From Prorocentrum cordatum (lineage: Eukaryota), in NCBI GenBank assembly GCA_963575745.1, contig CAUYUJ010000110.1, forward strand, positions 1-64,000: a stretch of DNA of 64,000 bases. Direction: 5' to 3'. Numbering within the stretch: position 1 is the first letter of the stretch; the number at the start of each line of letters is the position of its first letter. This document shows, piece after piece, positions 18,242-31,969 of the stretch. Under the pieces are notes generated by a model. The model saw only the letters and a program-made list of their open reading frames with translations, ran no database searches and was not told where the DNA came from. The translations under genes were made by a program, and so were the position numbers.

Positions 18242-19109
18242 TGATGATGGTGATGGGTGATGATGATGGTGATGAGTATGATGGAGGAGGGAGGAGGGAA
18301 AGGAGAGGAGAGGAAGGAGAGGAGAGGAGAGGAGAGTAGAGGAGAGGAGAGGAGAGGAGAGGAGAGGAGAGGAAGAGGAGAGGAGAAGGAGAGAGAGGAG
18401 AGGAGAGGAGAGGAGAGGGAGGAGGAGAGGAGAGGAGAGGAGAGGAGAGGAGAGAGAGGAGGAGGAGAGCGGAGGAGAGGAGAGGAGAGGAGAGGGAGAG
18501 GAGAGAGAGGAGAGAGGAGAGGAGAGGAGAGGAGAGGAAAGGAGAGGAGGAGACGCGAAGCGCTGTCTCTGAAGGACGAGGAACCAACACCGCAACATGG
18601 TCAAGAGAAAACGACACATCTCCCAGCGTGATTCTGTCACAACGCGAGGGGGTCTGGTGAGGAGGAGGGAGGAGGAGGAGGAGGAGGAGGAGGAGGAGGA
18701 GGAGGAGGAGGAGGAGGAGGGAGGAGGGAGGAGGAGGAGGGAGGAGGAGGAAGGGGGAGGGAGGAGGAGGAGGGAGGAGGAGGGAGGAGGAGGGAGGAGG
18801 AGGAGGAGGAGGAGCAGGAGGAGGAGGAGGAGGGAGGAGGAGGGAGGAGGAGCAATCAAGGCTGGATGAGGAGAGAGGCGCACGGAGGACCCTTCCTTCG
18901 GAGCTCTCCGAGGACCCTCTGGGGGTCCTGCGGGGATCCCCGGCGGCCCCCGGACCCCTTCTGGAGGGCCCCAGGTGAGCACCGAAGAGGGCCAAAAGCG
19001 TCGGAACACGACAACAACGACAACGACGACGACGACGACCACCACGACGACGACGCCGACGCCGACGACGACCACGCCGACGACGCCGACGACGCCAACA
19101 GCGACGACA

Positions 19110-19156
<47 letters not shown>

Positions 19157-19431
19157 AGCGACGACAATGACGGCAACGGCAAAGGCGACGGCAACGGCGA
19201 CGGCGACGGCGACGGCAGCGACGGACGAAGAACTGTTTCAAACAAACCTGTCCGCCATCGGTAACGCCTGTCCAAGTGGACAAGCGAGTTCTACGACTCG
19301 CAAAGTAAACACTCGCAATTGGCATGGATACGCCGCTGGGGATTTACGATCCATTCCATCGAGGAAGACATGTGTTTCTTTTCTGACGTTTGCGAGTAGG
19401 CACTTTGCGAGTAGTGGAAGCGCTCGGTGAC

Positions 19432-20050
19432 CCAGGGCGTCTGCAAAGTGTTACACCCCAGCGCGACACGATCGGGGTATGACAAAAACTGTCCCGCCGC
19501 CCTGTGGCGGGCGTCCCCGATGGAGGACAAGCTTGTTAACATACCGTCCCTCGCCCGCCAAAGCCAGGGATCGGACGAAAGGGGGGTTTGTAAAGCAGGG
19601 GTCTCGCCATCGCTCCGACGTCCATTCCCTGTGCATTCTTCGACTTCGTGCCTGTATTTGTTCGCAAGATGATCCATGATGCTCCTCGATGGTCCTCGCC
19701 GAGAAAACAGGCAAACGTCCAAGCGATGCCAAGGGGTGAGCGAATCAACTGATGTACCCGGTTGTTTTCCTGCCGCCTCCTGGCGCCTGAGGCGCACGAG
19801 TCTAGAGACAAGCGCCCGCGGCGCGGCCGCAAGCAGCAGCAGGCCTGCATGAAGCAGATGCCGTGTCCCGCCCCTTTCTTCCCCGTTCGCACGACCCGAC
19901 GAGGGAGTGGCGGGTCCTTTGCCGAGCCAGCCTCAGAGCCCAGTCACGCAGGGCCCTCGAATAACATCGGGCGGCCACCGGCTGGTGCGGCAGCGCTCGC
20001 CTTCGGAGCGTTGTGTCGACAGGGGGCCGGGGCTGGCCAAGCCGAGGCTC
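19432..20050 (-). CDS. Candidate exons 20001-20050, 19787-19844 (GLLLLAAAPRALVSRLVRL) and 19432-19501 (AAGQFLSYPDRVALGCNTLQTPW)
   Basis: Phase-compatible chain with AG|G acceptors and GC/GC/GT donors. Confidence 0.45.
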
Positions 20051-20879
20051 CTTGCTCTTGGACGCTCCTGGCCCCTCTCCTCGGCCTCCAGAGGCCTCTG
20101 AGCCGGGGAGCGCTGTTCCCCATGCTTCGATCTTCGAACCTCCATGTCCTCCATATCCTCCATATCCTCCATATCCTCCTCCTCCTCCTCCTCCTCCTCA
20201 TCATCATCATCATCATCCTCCTCCTCCTCCTCCTCCCTCTCCTCGTCCTCCTCCTCCTCTTCCTCCTCCGCCTCCTCACCCTACTCCTCGATCCCCTTCT
20301 GGCCTTTGGAAGGTCCGCGCGATAACTCCTCGCGGGCCCCAAAGCACTGCGAGGGGCAGGGTCACCACCAGCGTGTCCCGCTCTCGGGGTGGGTCCCTAG
20401 TTTCGCTGCGGAGGGGGTGGCCCGTGGGCCATCTTCGGGGATGGGAGCCTTGGAGCGGGGGAAGGGTCCACTGGAGGAGAGAGGGGCGCTTAAGCTTTGC
20501 TCTAGAGAAGGGGGGGGGGGGGGGCGTGGCCCGCTTTCGAGGGGGGTCCCCGCCGCGGCTTTCGCTCTGAAGAGGGGGGGGGGGGCGTGGCTTTCGCCCT
20601 GGAGGGGGCGCAGCCTCTGATGATCCGCCATTAGGTGAGGCGGGCGCGGCCTACGGTATCCGCCCCATTCCCTCTCCAACTAAACCCCTCGCCCCCCCCA
20701 CCACGTTTCCTCCTCCTCCTCCTCCTCCTCCTCCTCCTCCTCCTCCTCCTCCTCCTCCTCCTCCTCCTCCCCCTCCCCCCCCTCCCCCTCCCCCTCCCCC
20801 TCCCCCTCCTCCTCCCCCTCCTTTTCCTCTGACTCTTCCACTTCCTCTTGTTCGTCCTCTCCCTATTGTCCTCCGCCAC

Positions 20880-20969
20880 CAACACTACCATCACCATCAC
20901 CATCACCATCGCCATCACCATCACCACCACCACAACCACCATCACCATCACCATCACCATCACCATCAC

Positions 20970-21033
<64 letters not shown>

Positions 21034-21292
21034 AGCATCATCAGCATCATCGCCATCCTCCTCCTCATCCTCCTCATCATAATCATCAGAATCATCATCA
21101 CCATCACCACCACCACAACCATCCTCATCACCACATCATCACCACCATCATCATCAGCAGCAGCATTATCCTCATCATCTGCATCATCATCATCAGCCAC
21201 ATCCTCATCCGCATCAGCATCATCCTCAGCATCAGCATCAGCATCAGCAGCATCAGCATATTCCTCATCATCACCGTCATCATCAGCAGCAG

Positions 21293-21354
<62 letters not shown>

Positions 21355-21433
21355 GCATCAGGATCATCATCATCCTCATCATCATCATCATCATCACCAT
21401 CATCATCATCAGCATCATCATCAGCAGCAGCAC

Positions 21434-21471
<38 letters not shown>

Positions 21472-21610
21472 ACAACATCATCAGCATTATCATCAGCATC
21501 AGCAGCATCGTCATCATCATCAGCACCACCAGCACCATCATCATCAGCGGCATCATCATCAGAATCATCATAATCAGCATCATCAGCAGCAGCATAATCA
21601 GCATCATCAG

Positions 21611-21676
<66 letters not shown>

Positions 21677-22080
21677 AATCATCATCATCAGCATCATCAG
21701 CATCATCAGCATCACCCCCACCAGCATCCTCAACATCGTCATCAGCACCATCAGCATCATCATCATCGTCAGCAGCATCATCATCAGCAGCATCTCCATT
21801 ATCATCAGAATCAGCATCATCGTCAGCATCAGCATCAGCATCAGCAGCATCATCATCGTCACCAGCACCACCACCACCACCATCATCAGCATCATCATCA
21901 TCAGCAGCAGCATCAGTATCATCATCAGCAGCAGCACCATTATAAGCATCATAATCATCCTCAGGATCAGCATCAGCATCAGCATCGCCATCATCATCAC
22001 CATCAGCATCATCATCATCACCATCATCATCGTCATCAGCATCAGCATCATCATCAGCATCATTTTCCTCGGCAGTATCG

Positions 22081-22126
<46 letters not shown>

Positions 22127-22183
22127 CATAACCATCATCATCAGCACCAGTATCAGCATCATCATCATCATCATCATCATCAG

Positions 22184-22235
<52 letters not shown>

Positions 22236-22354
22236 GTCATCGTCATCGTCATCGCCATCAACAGCAACAAAAACAGAAACAACAACCATTGCAGCACAAT
22301 AACCACAACCACAACCACATCCACCACAACCACAACCTCATCATTACCACCACC

Positions 22355-22439
<85 letters not shown>

Positions 22440-22446
22440 CCACCAC

Positions 22447-22505
<59 letters not shown>

Positions 22506-22550
22506 GCATCATCATCATCATCATCATCATCATCAGCATCATCATCATCG
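20880..22550. repeat. Degenerate (CAT/CAG/CAC)n microsatellite; similar tracts at 4510-5510, 25015-26475, 50985-51860, 61420-63280 and 17870-18280 (ATG strand)
   Basis: Direct inspection. Confidence 0.95.
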
Positions 22551-23377
22551 CCCTTGCCCGCGCCCTCGCCCGCCTCCTCCACCTTCTCCCTCATCTTCCT
22601 CCTCCGCTTTGTCCTCGTGGTCACTCCTGCTTGTTCTCCGCGTTCTCACGGGAGCATCAGGAGTGGCCCAAGATTGGAAGGAGGGGGAGCCCCCCTTCTT
22701 CCAATCTTGGAGGCTTCACGAGGGCGGCAAGAAGGCACCCGAGGCCTCCGCGCAGGGAACGAGGGGGAGGAAGGAGGGAGGGGGGAGGACGGGGGGATGA
22801 AGCCATCAGGGAGGAGGAAGGAGGAAAAGGAGGAGGAAAGATGAGGAGGAGGAGGAGGAAGACTGAGCACTGGATCCCGCTCTTCCCTCGGGGGAGACGA
22901 TGGGGGCGAACCGCCCAGGGGCGGCCGATGATCCAATGCCTTCTGCAAGGCCCCCTGGCGGAGAAGTGCAGTGCCCACCCCTGGGCTCCTCACCCCTCTC
23001 GTCGCCTCCGACTCCCACGAGGCCGGCGGCGCCCCAGAGGCCCCCCCCCCCGCCCCCCGACTGGCAGCATTGGCGTGCCCGCGCGGCCGACGCCCGCGGG
23101 CGGGCGCGCGCCCGCGCGGGTGCCCCTCCGGGGCGGTCGGCGGCGCCGCAAGGCGGACGGGGCCACGGCCGCGAGCAAGCTCTCCGAGCGCAGCGGGGGC
23201 AGCCTGGGAGGACGGGCCTGGGCCGAGAAGGAGGGGGAGAGGGCGGGCCAAGGGGGGAAGCGACGGCGGCGGAGGGGTTCCTACTCCTCCTCCTCCCCTC
23301 CTCCTCCTCCTCTCCTCCTCCTCCCTCCTCCTCCTCCTCCTCCTCCTCCTCTCCTCCCTCCTCCTCCCTCCCTCCTC

Positions 23378-24784
23378 CTGGAGGGACGGGTTACGGTCTT
23401 CGGGGACGGGTCGGGAGGGAAGCACTCGGACGACCCGAGGCGGCGGCGCTGCGGAGCAGCGGTAGCGACCATCCAGTGGTGCCCGCATCGCCAGTTCTGG
23501 AAGCTGGGCCGCATGAAGGCCGTCCCTCTCCTCGGCCACAAGCAGTCTGTTCCGAGGTCGGAAACCTTGGCCCTGGCCATGGCCCTCGAGGGCACGACGG
23601 GGGACCTTTTGTTTGTCACGGACCACCAGGCCCTCCTGAGGGCCTGGCCCAGGCGCTCCAAAACGGACTCGAGGGGTGCCAACGAAGATTTGTGGCATCG
23701 AATTCGCCGTGCGTTGCGCAGCCGTGGCACGGGCTCTGTGGAGCTCGAGTGGGTTCCGTCCCATGCAGAATGCGATGGGGCGCAGCTCGGAACGGAGCGC
23801 GAGGCCTTCCTGGCAGCCGGCAACGCGGTTGCTGATATTGGGGCGGGGAGGGCGGCGGAGTGGGCGTCGGAGGTTGGCACGGTGCACGCGGCCGAGCATG
23901 GTGACCAGTGGGATGCGACCGCGGCCTTGGTGAGGCGACGCGCCCGCAAGGCACTCCAGCTGGCCCTCGAGGTAGATTCGGCCAAGGCGGAGCGGGTAGC
24001 CAAGCAGCGAGTGCCCCCCCCCTCGAAACGGCGTGCGGCCATCGAGAGCTCGGCCCACTCGCTTCGCCCAGTCGGCTCGAAATGGCAATGCAGTGTCTGC
24101 CAGCAGCTTGTTCATAAAGCCTCCCTCCTTGAATTCTGTGCTACCCCGTGCCAGGTGCCAGTGCAGTCCAGGCAGTGTCGGGAAGCGCAGGTGCCGTGTG
24201 CGAGCAGGGAGCCCCAGCAGGGGGTTGCTGCTGACATCCACCCGTCCCATAAGCGCGGGTGGTGGGGGGCCTACTCCCTCCACTACTGCCACAAGTGTGG
24301 CCGTGTGGCCACGGTTGATTTCAGATATCTGAAGAAGCAGTGCCCTGGCAAGACTGCCAAAGGGCGGGAGAATTTGTCCAGGATTGCCAGGGGGCTCTAT
24401 CCCAGACGGGAAGGAGCCCCCAAGGCAATCCGCGAGGCTGCGTTCCTGGCCGAGGTTGAGGAGGCCGTCCAGCAAGCCGCCGCCCGCCGAGAGCTCAAAG
24501 CTGGTGGGGGAGCGTGTCCCGCGGGGTCCGGTGGGGCGGAAGGGCCAGGAGCAGCGAGTACAGTGCCGAGCCAGGCTGCGTCTCTCGTTCCTGAGGAGGA
24601 GGCGGCGGCCTGGTTGTTTTCGGAGGGTGGGTCGAGTAGTGGGGCGGCCCCAAGCCGGAACCCTGCTGTTTCACGGGGTGCCCCGACACAGGCAGGGAAG
24701 TCCAGGAATTTTCCGGAAAAACCTGGACTTGCCGGGGGGTGTCTCGACCCAGGCCCAGCTTTGCCGCCTCCCGCGGCGCCGTGA
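23378..24784 (+). CDS. RNase H (type I, retroelement) domain plus C-terminal Cys/His motifs; partial ORF
   Basis: Catalytic motifs VFGDGS, QSVPRSE, FVTDH, NEDLW, LEWVPSH and GNAVAD; then HSL..WQCSVC..C and HPSH..HYCHKCG..C. Confidence 0.9.
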   Translation: MEGRVTVFGDGSGGKHSDDPRRRRCGAAVATIQWCPHRQFWKLGRMKAVPLLGHKQSVPRSETLALAMALEGTTGDLLFVTDHQALLRAWPRRSKTDSRGANEDLWHRIRRALRSRGTGSVELEWVPSHAECDGAQLGTEREAFLAAGNAVADIGAGRAAEWASEVGTVHAAEHGDQWDATAALVRRRARKALQLALEVDSAKAERVAKQRVPPPSKRRAAIESSAHSLRPVGSKWQCSVCQQLVHKASLLEFCATPCQVPVQSRQCREAQVPCASREPQQGVAADIHPSHKRGWWGAYSLHYCHKCGRVATVDFRYLKKQCPGKTAKGRENLSRIARGLYPRREGAPKAIREAAFLAEVEEAVQQAAARRELKAGGGACPAGSGGAEGPGAASTVPSQAASLVPEEEAAAWLFSEGGSSSGAAPSRNPAVSRGAPTQAGKSRNFPEKPGLAGGCLDPGPALPPPAAP

Positions 24785-24913
24785 GCTGTAGGTGCATGAG
24801 TGTGTCTGGAGGGCCCCTGCTGTGCCTGGTGTTGGCTTCGGCTCTCACCAGGGGTGGCTCGGTGGTCGCTCGCGCCGCCTGAAGGCGCTCTTTTAGAATC
24901 CATCGCTAGAATC
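23378..24913 (+). mobile_element. 5'-truncated non-LTR (LINE-like) retrotransposon 3' end
   Basis: Uninterrupted ORF to 24784 with RNase H and Cys/His motifs, about 130 bp of 3' UTR, then (CCT)n; no RT domain or start codon; bounded by CCT tracts on both sides. Confidence 0.8.
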
Positions 24914-25014
24914 CGCCTCCTCCGCCTCCTCCTCCTCCTCCTCCTCCTCCTCCTCCTCCTCCTCCTCCTCCTCCTCCTCCTCCTCCTCCTCCCTCATCTC
25001 ATCATCCTCCCGCA

Positions 25015-25124
<110 letters not shown>

Positions 25125-25133
25125 GTCGTCGTC

Positions 25134-25164
<31 letters not shown>

Positions 25165-25208
25165 GCATCAGCAGCAGCATCGTCATCATCATCATCAGCA
25201 GCAGCAGC

Positions 25209-25246
<38 letters not shown>

Positions 25247-25267
25247 GATCATCATCATCATCATCAG

Positions 25268-25367
<100 letters not shown>

Positions 25368-25368
25368 G

Positions 25369-25447
<79 letters not shown>

Positions 25448-25710
25448 TAATCATCATCAGCATCAGCATCAGCAGCAGCAGCAGCATCACCAGCATCATC
25501 AGCAGCAGCATCAGCATCATCATCATCATCATCATCAGCATCATCATCATCATCATCATCATCAGCATCATCATCATCATCGTCATCAGCATCATCAGCA
25601 GCATCAGTATCAGCATCAGCAGCGTCAGCATCATCATCAGCATCTTCATGATCAGCCTCATCATAATCATCATCATCAGCAGCATCATCATCAGCATCAC
25701 CATCATCAGC

Positions 25711-25752
<42 letters not shown>

Positions 25753-26772
25753 GTCATCATCATCAGCACCATCGTCGTCATCATCATCAGCATCATCATC
25801 AGCACCAGCATCACCCCCATCATCAGCCACCGCAGCATCGTCATCGGCATCATCATCAGCATCATCAGCATCATCCGCAGCAGCATCAACAGCATCAGCA
25901 TCATCATCATCATCAGCATCATGATCATCCTCATCATCAGCAACCGCAGCATCAGCAGCATCAGCATCATGATCATCATCAGCAGCAGCATCAGCAGCAG
26001 CATCGTCATGACCAGCATCATCATCATCATCATCAGCATCATCATCATAATCAGCATCATCATCATCAGCAGCAGCATCAGCATCAGCATTATCATCATC
26101 AGCATCAGCATCAGAATCATCATCATCAGCATCATCAGCAGCATCAGCATCATCATCGTAAGCAGCATTATCATTATCATCGTCACCACCGCCACACTTA
26201 TCAACGCCAGAATCATCACTACCACCACCACCAGCATCAACATCATCATCATCACCACCATCATCCGCATCAGGATCATTAGCGTCATCATCCTCATCAT
26301 CAACATCATCATCAGAATCGCAATCATCCTCAGTAGAATCATCATCATCACCACCAGCATAGTCATCAGCATCAGCAGCAGCACCACCACCATCAGCATC
26401 ACCATATTCATCATCATCATCAGCAGCAGCAGCATCAGCATCAGCATCAGCATCATCAACAACAACCCCAGCATCATGCCTCATGACGTACGAAGACCAA
26501 GGCGGGAGAGGAGACAGGAGGTCAGCGCCGCGGGCGCCGCTGCTTGCGCGGGCACGAGAAGCTCCATGGCCGAGAAGAGAGTGGGGGGGGCTCATTGGAA
26601 CACGGCCCGCTCCCAAACCGGCACAAACCAAATTATGCGCGCACATGCGGTCTTTCCTGGGGAGGGGGGGGCAACCACCGCAACGGAGCATGCTGGCACT
26701 GATCCCAGTGGCTGTGGTGCTCCAGGGCCAGCCGCGGGCCCGATGTCCATCTATAAGCTCTGGGTGAAAACA

Positions 26773-26844
<72 letters not shown>

Positions 26845-26854
26845 GCGGCGGCCG

Positions 26855-26914
<60 letters not shown>

Positions 26915-27359
26915 TGACCCTCCCCCCCGAGGAGTGGAGCACCCCTGGCGCGGTGCGGTGTACAGTACACTGCCCTGACCTCCCAGAGGGGTCCCGCTCA
27001 GGCAGACAGCGCTGGACGCACATCCACAGCCAGGCCTTGGGCAAGCACTGCGTGTGGGTGCGTGCCTGGCCCGTCGCAGTTTCCCCCTGTCAGACCCAAG
27101 TGTCAGAGCCACCCCCCATGGAAGGACCCTGCCCAGGTCTCAAAAGACCGCTCAAGGCAGCCCGAAGACTCACGAAAGGATCCTCAGGCGCCACCAGGAA
27201 CCTTTCCACGATGCTCCTGGGGAGGGTGGGAGCCGAGAGGAAAAGCGCACACACACACACACACACACACCACCACCACCACCACCACCACCACCACCAC
27301 CACCACCACCACCACCACCACCACAACCAGGCATCCGCAGGCCCATCTTGAGGTCAGAC

Positions 27360-27929
27360 CTTGGTGCAACCGACACCCAACAAGGCAAGGAGGCCATACT
27401 ATACACCAACATCTGGCCCAATATGGGCCTGGAAATGCTTGGTGGTAGTGTATAGTTTCCCTGTCCCTGAACTGAACTTGCGAAACAGAACGTGAGCGTC
27501 GGATGCCACAGCCTTCGGGTGGCCTCCAGGCGGCCATGTAAGTTTCCGGAAGGCGCCCCGAGGTTCCCAGAAGGCCGCTAGATGGCCGCAAAAGACGGCC
27601 CAGGACTCCCCAGGACGGCCTCGGGACGCCCTGGAACGCACCCTCAAGACTGGCCCAAGACGGCCTTCAAGATCCCCAGAGACAACCTCCAAACTTTTCT
27701 CGAGATGACTCAAGAGCCCATAGAACGTGCCTCAGATTATGTTGCTCCTATCGTACTTAAGGATCCCATCCCAGAAATGATTTCGAACACACAGAAAAGC
27801 ATCGAAACAGAGTCGTACGAGAATCGCCTCCCAGGGCCCGACACGTGAAAAAACTCCAGCTTCGGTACTTCTTGGTGCTCGAAGTTCTCTCTGGTGAGCA
27901 AGGCTAAAGTAGGCAGGAGCATCATAAGC
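27360..27929 (-). CDS. Candidate exons 27828-27929 (LMMLLPTLALLTRENFEHQEVPKLEFFHVSGPG) and 27360-27428 (PILGQMLVYSMASLPCWVSVAP)
   Basis: AG|G junctions, phase 2-2 compatible, non-repetitive sequence. Confidence 0.35.
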
Positions 27930-28429
27930 CTCAGACCATTCAGACGAAAAAGCCCAATAGATCCTGGTGTACCAACCGAGCTGCCTCGCGACTTACCGTG
28001 CTACGCAACGTCCGTGCCACGCCACAGCGCTGCAGCGCTGCAGCACTGTTTCCCCGAGAGCGCGATACAGCGGACATGCGCGGCAACACAGCGGGTATCT
28101 TTAGGCCATGGAGGAGAAGCGGAGGAGGAGGAGGAGGAGGAGGAGGAGGGAGGAGGAGGAGGGAGGAGGGGAACGAGGAGGGAGGAGGAGGAGGAGGAGG
28201 AGGGGGAGGAGGAGGGGAGGAGGAGGAGGAGGAGGAGGAGGAGGGGAGGAAAAGGAGAAGGAGGGGGAGGGAGGAAAGGAGGGAGGATTGAGGTGAAGGA
28301 TCGGACCGGATCGACCGGGCAAACTGGCCCGCCTGGAACCACGCGCCGCCTGAGGCCTCTGGCCGCGGGAGCCTCCAGTGGAGAGCGGCACCATCAGACA
28401 ATCTGGGCGCGGAGGGGCCCAATGGAACA

Positions 28430-29640
28430 CTCGTGGTCGACACCCCCACTGGCCGGCCCACATGCCACGCCTGCTGCACGCATCGCGGGGTTCCGAGAAA
28501 GCACACGTCCGCGTGCCAAGACGGGCGCTTCGCCCTGAGGCACCCCCACACTCTGGGCGCGAACGGGCCCGTGGGACGCCCTTGGTCGAGACCCCTCAGG
28601 CGGCCCAGACGCCGCGTCTGCCATCGAAAAAGCACGTCTGCTTCCCGAGGCAAGCGATTGTCTGAGACATTCCCAGCATCTGGGCGCGAGCGGGCCCGTA
28701 CACGTGGCCGTGCCCGCTGCATCGCGGCGACCTCGGGGCCCTGAGAAGGCACGAATCTGTGTCCCAAGGCAGGCGTTTCGCCCGAGACATCCTGACTGTC
28801 TGGACACCAGGGGGCCCGTGGAACACCCCTGGTCGGCACCGTCCCCCTAGGGTGGCCCAAAGGCCATGTCTGCTACAGCCAACCCGCACAGAGATAAGGA
28901 TGGGCAAGCTTCCCAAGGGGACCTTTGCATCCTTGCCTCCTCGGCCCATCCTTGGACAGTTCGTTGGCCGCGCCCCGCTCGGAAAGTTTCGAAATTACCC
29001 CGGCCCTTGCATCCTTCAGGCCGACTGTACATCGCGGCGACCATGGGGCCATGGAAAGACACACGCATACTTCCCAAAACGATCGTTTCGCCTGATACAT
29101 CCCCAGGAACACACACATGGTCGACACCCCCTTTAGGTGGCGTAAGTGCCATGGCTGCTACATCGCGGCGGCCATGAAACTCTGAGGAGACGCACGCCGA
29201 CTGTCCAAAACGGGGGTTCCGCCTGAAGCATCTCCATCATCTGGACGCGAACGAGCCCGCGGAACCTCCCTGGTCGACACACCTTACGGCGGCCACAATA
29301 CGATGTCTGATGAGCCTGAATATGTCTGAGCATGACGAAGTCTGAGTATGAGAGAGTCTGCGTGTGAGTGAGTCTGAGTAGGAGTGAGTATTGCTACGAA
29401 TGCGCCTGAATGCATGTGCGTCTGAGTGTGATTGAGTCGATGTTGGGGTGATCTTAGCATTGAATGAGTCTACGTATGATCTGGCCTGAGTCTGGGTGAG
29501 TCTGAAGCACGAGTGAGCGAGTCTGAGGTCTACGTTTGAGTGAGTCCAAATAAATTTTTAAAAATTTAAAGATGCGCAAGCGAGTCTCAGTATGAGTGGT
29601 ACATATGGTATGAGTGTGCACGAGTCTGAGGGCAACAGCG
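28430..29640. repeat. Degenerate tandem units (ggtcgacacccc core) followed by a tgagtctgag-rich tract; inverted relative at ~52760-53140
   Basis: ggtcg(a/g)(c/g)acc recurs at about 28435, 28584, 28831, 29119 and 29272; ctcatactcagact and tgtcgacca occur at 52760-53130. Confidence 0.65.
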
Positions 29641-30924
29641 TGAAGAAGGACTAAGGAGGGAGTGGGGAGGCGGAGGCGCGACGCTGATCGTAAGAATCTC
29701 ACGCGCAAGAGATGGGTGAAAAAAACACCGCTGTCCCGACCCGACCACCCTGACACAGGGCTCTCCCGAAAAACTCGAGGCGGGAGGAAGGAGGAGCAGG
29801 GCGGTGAGACCTCGGGCTGTGCACGGACAGCCCGTCCAGGCAGCCCCCGCTGGCCTGCGCAGGCCCCCCGAGCGGCCCCGAGCTGGCCTCAACCGTTCCC
29901 CCGAGCAGTCTGGGGCGGTCTCGAGACCCTGGCGGCCCCCCCGGGCTGAGGTGTTGAGACCGCCCCAGACTGCTCGGGGGAACGGTGATAGGGCTCGGGA
30001 GGTAGCGCGGACTCGGAGATCGAGAGAGGGGGCTCAAACGGATGTTTTAGTACGCTGGACTCGGCATACAGGAACTCACGAGACCTAAGCCAAAGGCTGC
30101 GGAGGCACGGAAGAACAGCGGAGGACAGAGAGGGAGCAAGAGGAGGGACCCAGACACCCCGGGGGCCCGCTTTCTGGGACAGTGTTGAGACCGCCCCGGG
30201 CTGCTCGGGTGGCCTGCTGCTGGGACTGCTCGGGAGGTGCGCCGAGGCCGGCGGCTGGCCAGCGGGGGCTGGCCCTGGGCGGGCCGCCTGCGCGCAGCCC
30301 GCAGCCTCACCCAGAGGGGGCGGAGAGGGAGGGGGCAGAGAGGGAGGACAGAGACGCAGCTCCCGATGTGAGGGGCAGCGAGAAGGGGGGAGGACTGGCA
30401 CAGGAGAGGGCACGTCGGCCAGGAATCGGCGATACGTCGCCGTTGGATCAGCGATGGGCCCCCGACGGCGAATCCGCACGTTCCTGGGCGGGGTGCGGCT
30501 GTCAGATCCCTATCGAAGATCATTGGGCGATGAGGGATCGATGCGCCCCCCCCCCATATGCCTATCCCCTTCGATCCTTGCATCCAGCTACGGCCGCCCG
30601 AGCTCGGCCCCCCTGGCAAGGTCAGGGCTCAGCGCCAGCTCCCGCACGCCGATCGGCGCGGAGGGGAGCGGCGGCGGCGGCGGCGAGCCCGCAGGACGGA
30701 AGGAGGCCACGTCGGCAGCTGGCGGCCCACGAGAGGCTCCCGAACGAAGCGAACCCCACCCTCCCACTCAGAAATCGTGGGGGGTAGGGGTAGGGTTCGC
30801 ATGTGGCCCCCTAGAGAGGGGGCACGACGAGGGGGGGGCGGCCTTCGCGGGGGAGCAATGGACCCGGCGCGACCCCAATCAGGGGGAACGCTCCCTACTG
30901 CATCGGCGCAGTGCCTAGCAGTAC

Positions 30925-31290
30925 GTTTGGCATTGCTCGGCACTGCTCGGCATTGCTCGGCATGGCTTGGCATTGCTTGGCATTGCTTGGCATTGCTTCG
31001 CACTGCTTCGCATTGCTGGGCACTGCGTGGAACGGGCACCATAAGAATACGAGGCACCTGTGGCGGGGACCTGGGGAACCCAGGGAAACCTGGGGAACCC
31101 GACGAACCCGGGGAACCTGGGGAACCCGAAGAACCCGGAGAACCCAAAGAACCCGGGGAACCGGGAACCCGGGGAACCCCAGGAACCCGAGGAGCACGGG
31201 AAACCCGGGGAACCTGGGGAACCCGAGGAACCCAGGGAACGCGGAGAACTCAGGGAACACGGGGGACCCGAGGAATCTCTGGGAACCGGG
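30925..31290 (+). repeat. 10-bp (gcattgcttg)n array followed by a 9-bp (ggaacccgg)n array
   Basis: Direct inspection. Confidence 0.85.
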
Positions 31291-31820
31291 CAAAGCAGGC
31301 CCCCGAGTCACCAACCTTTAAACAAGTAAGAACCCCATTCGGCAAGCCTAATCGAAGAAAATCAGAGGAAGAAGAGGTGCCGATCCCGCTACCATGCCCT
31401 CGTGCTCCCCTTTTTGGGCCTCGTGGGAGCCCCGCATCGCCACTGCTGGATTCGCATCGAAATCCCGGTCAGAACGCACCCTGGGACAGGCGAGCTTTGG
31501 AAGAGATCATGAAAAATATTAGAAAATTATGTTTAAACAGTTATCAGAAATAATCGAATAATCGTCCCACTACTATTTTGTCCTACTTATAAATATTCCT
31601 CCTGTAGAGCACCAAAACCGCTGCTCCACCTGGACCTCTCCCTGGGGTGCGTTCTGACCAGGATTCCCAGACCCCTTCGCGCTGCGAAAATATCACGACG
31701 GGAGATTTGTCGCTATTTTCAACCTCCGGGGGCCCTCGCCGAGCCTCGGGGCCATCAAAAAAAGACGCAGGATGACAAACCGGTCCGGGGGGAAGGGGTC
31801 CAGGCCTCTGGGTCGATGTC

Positions 31821-31858
<38 letters not shown>

Positions 31859-31969
31859 CAAAACAAAACAAAAAAAAAAAAAAAAAAAAAAACGTCGGGG
31901 GTCGGGTTTCGGGGAGAATGCAACCGTAGTGACGAGGACTCTCCAGGACGAGCAGCGGCATTGGTACAC

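Noticed and set aside
22289..23377. N-terminal part of the 831-aa ORF upstream of the RNase H domain
   Set aside because: It is read-through of CAT/CCT microsatellite and GC-rich flank; retroelement similarity begins only at 23378.
31060..31290. Collagen-like G-x-y ORF (GEPGEPEEPG)
   Set aside because: It is a 9-bp tandem repeat open in several frames, with no exon boundaries.
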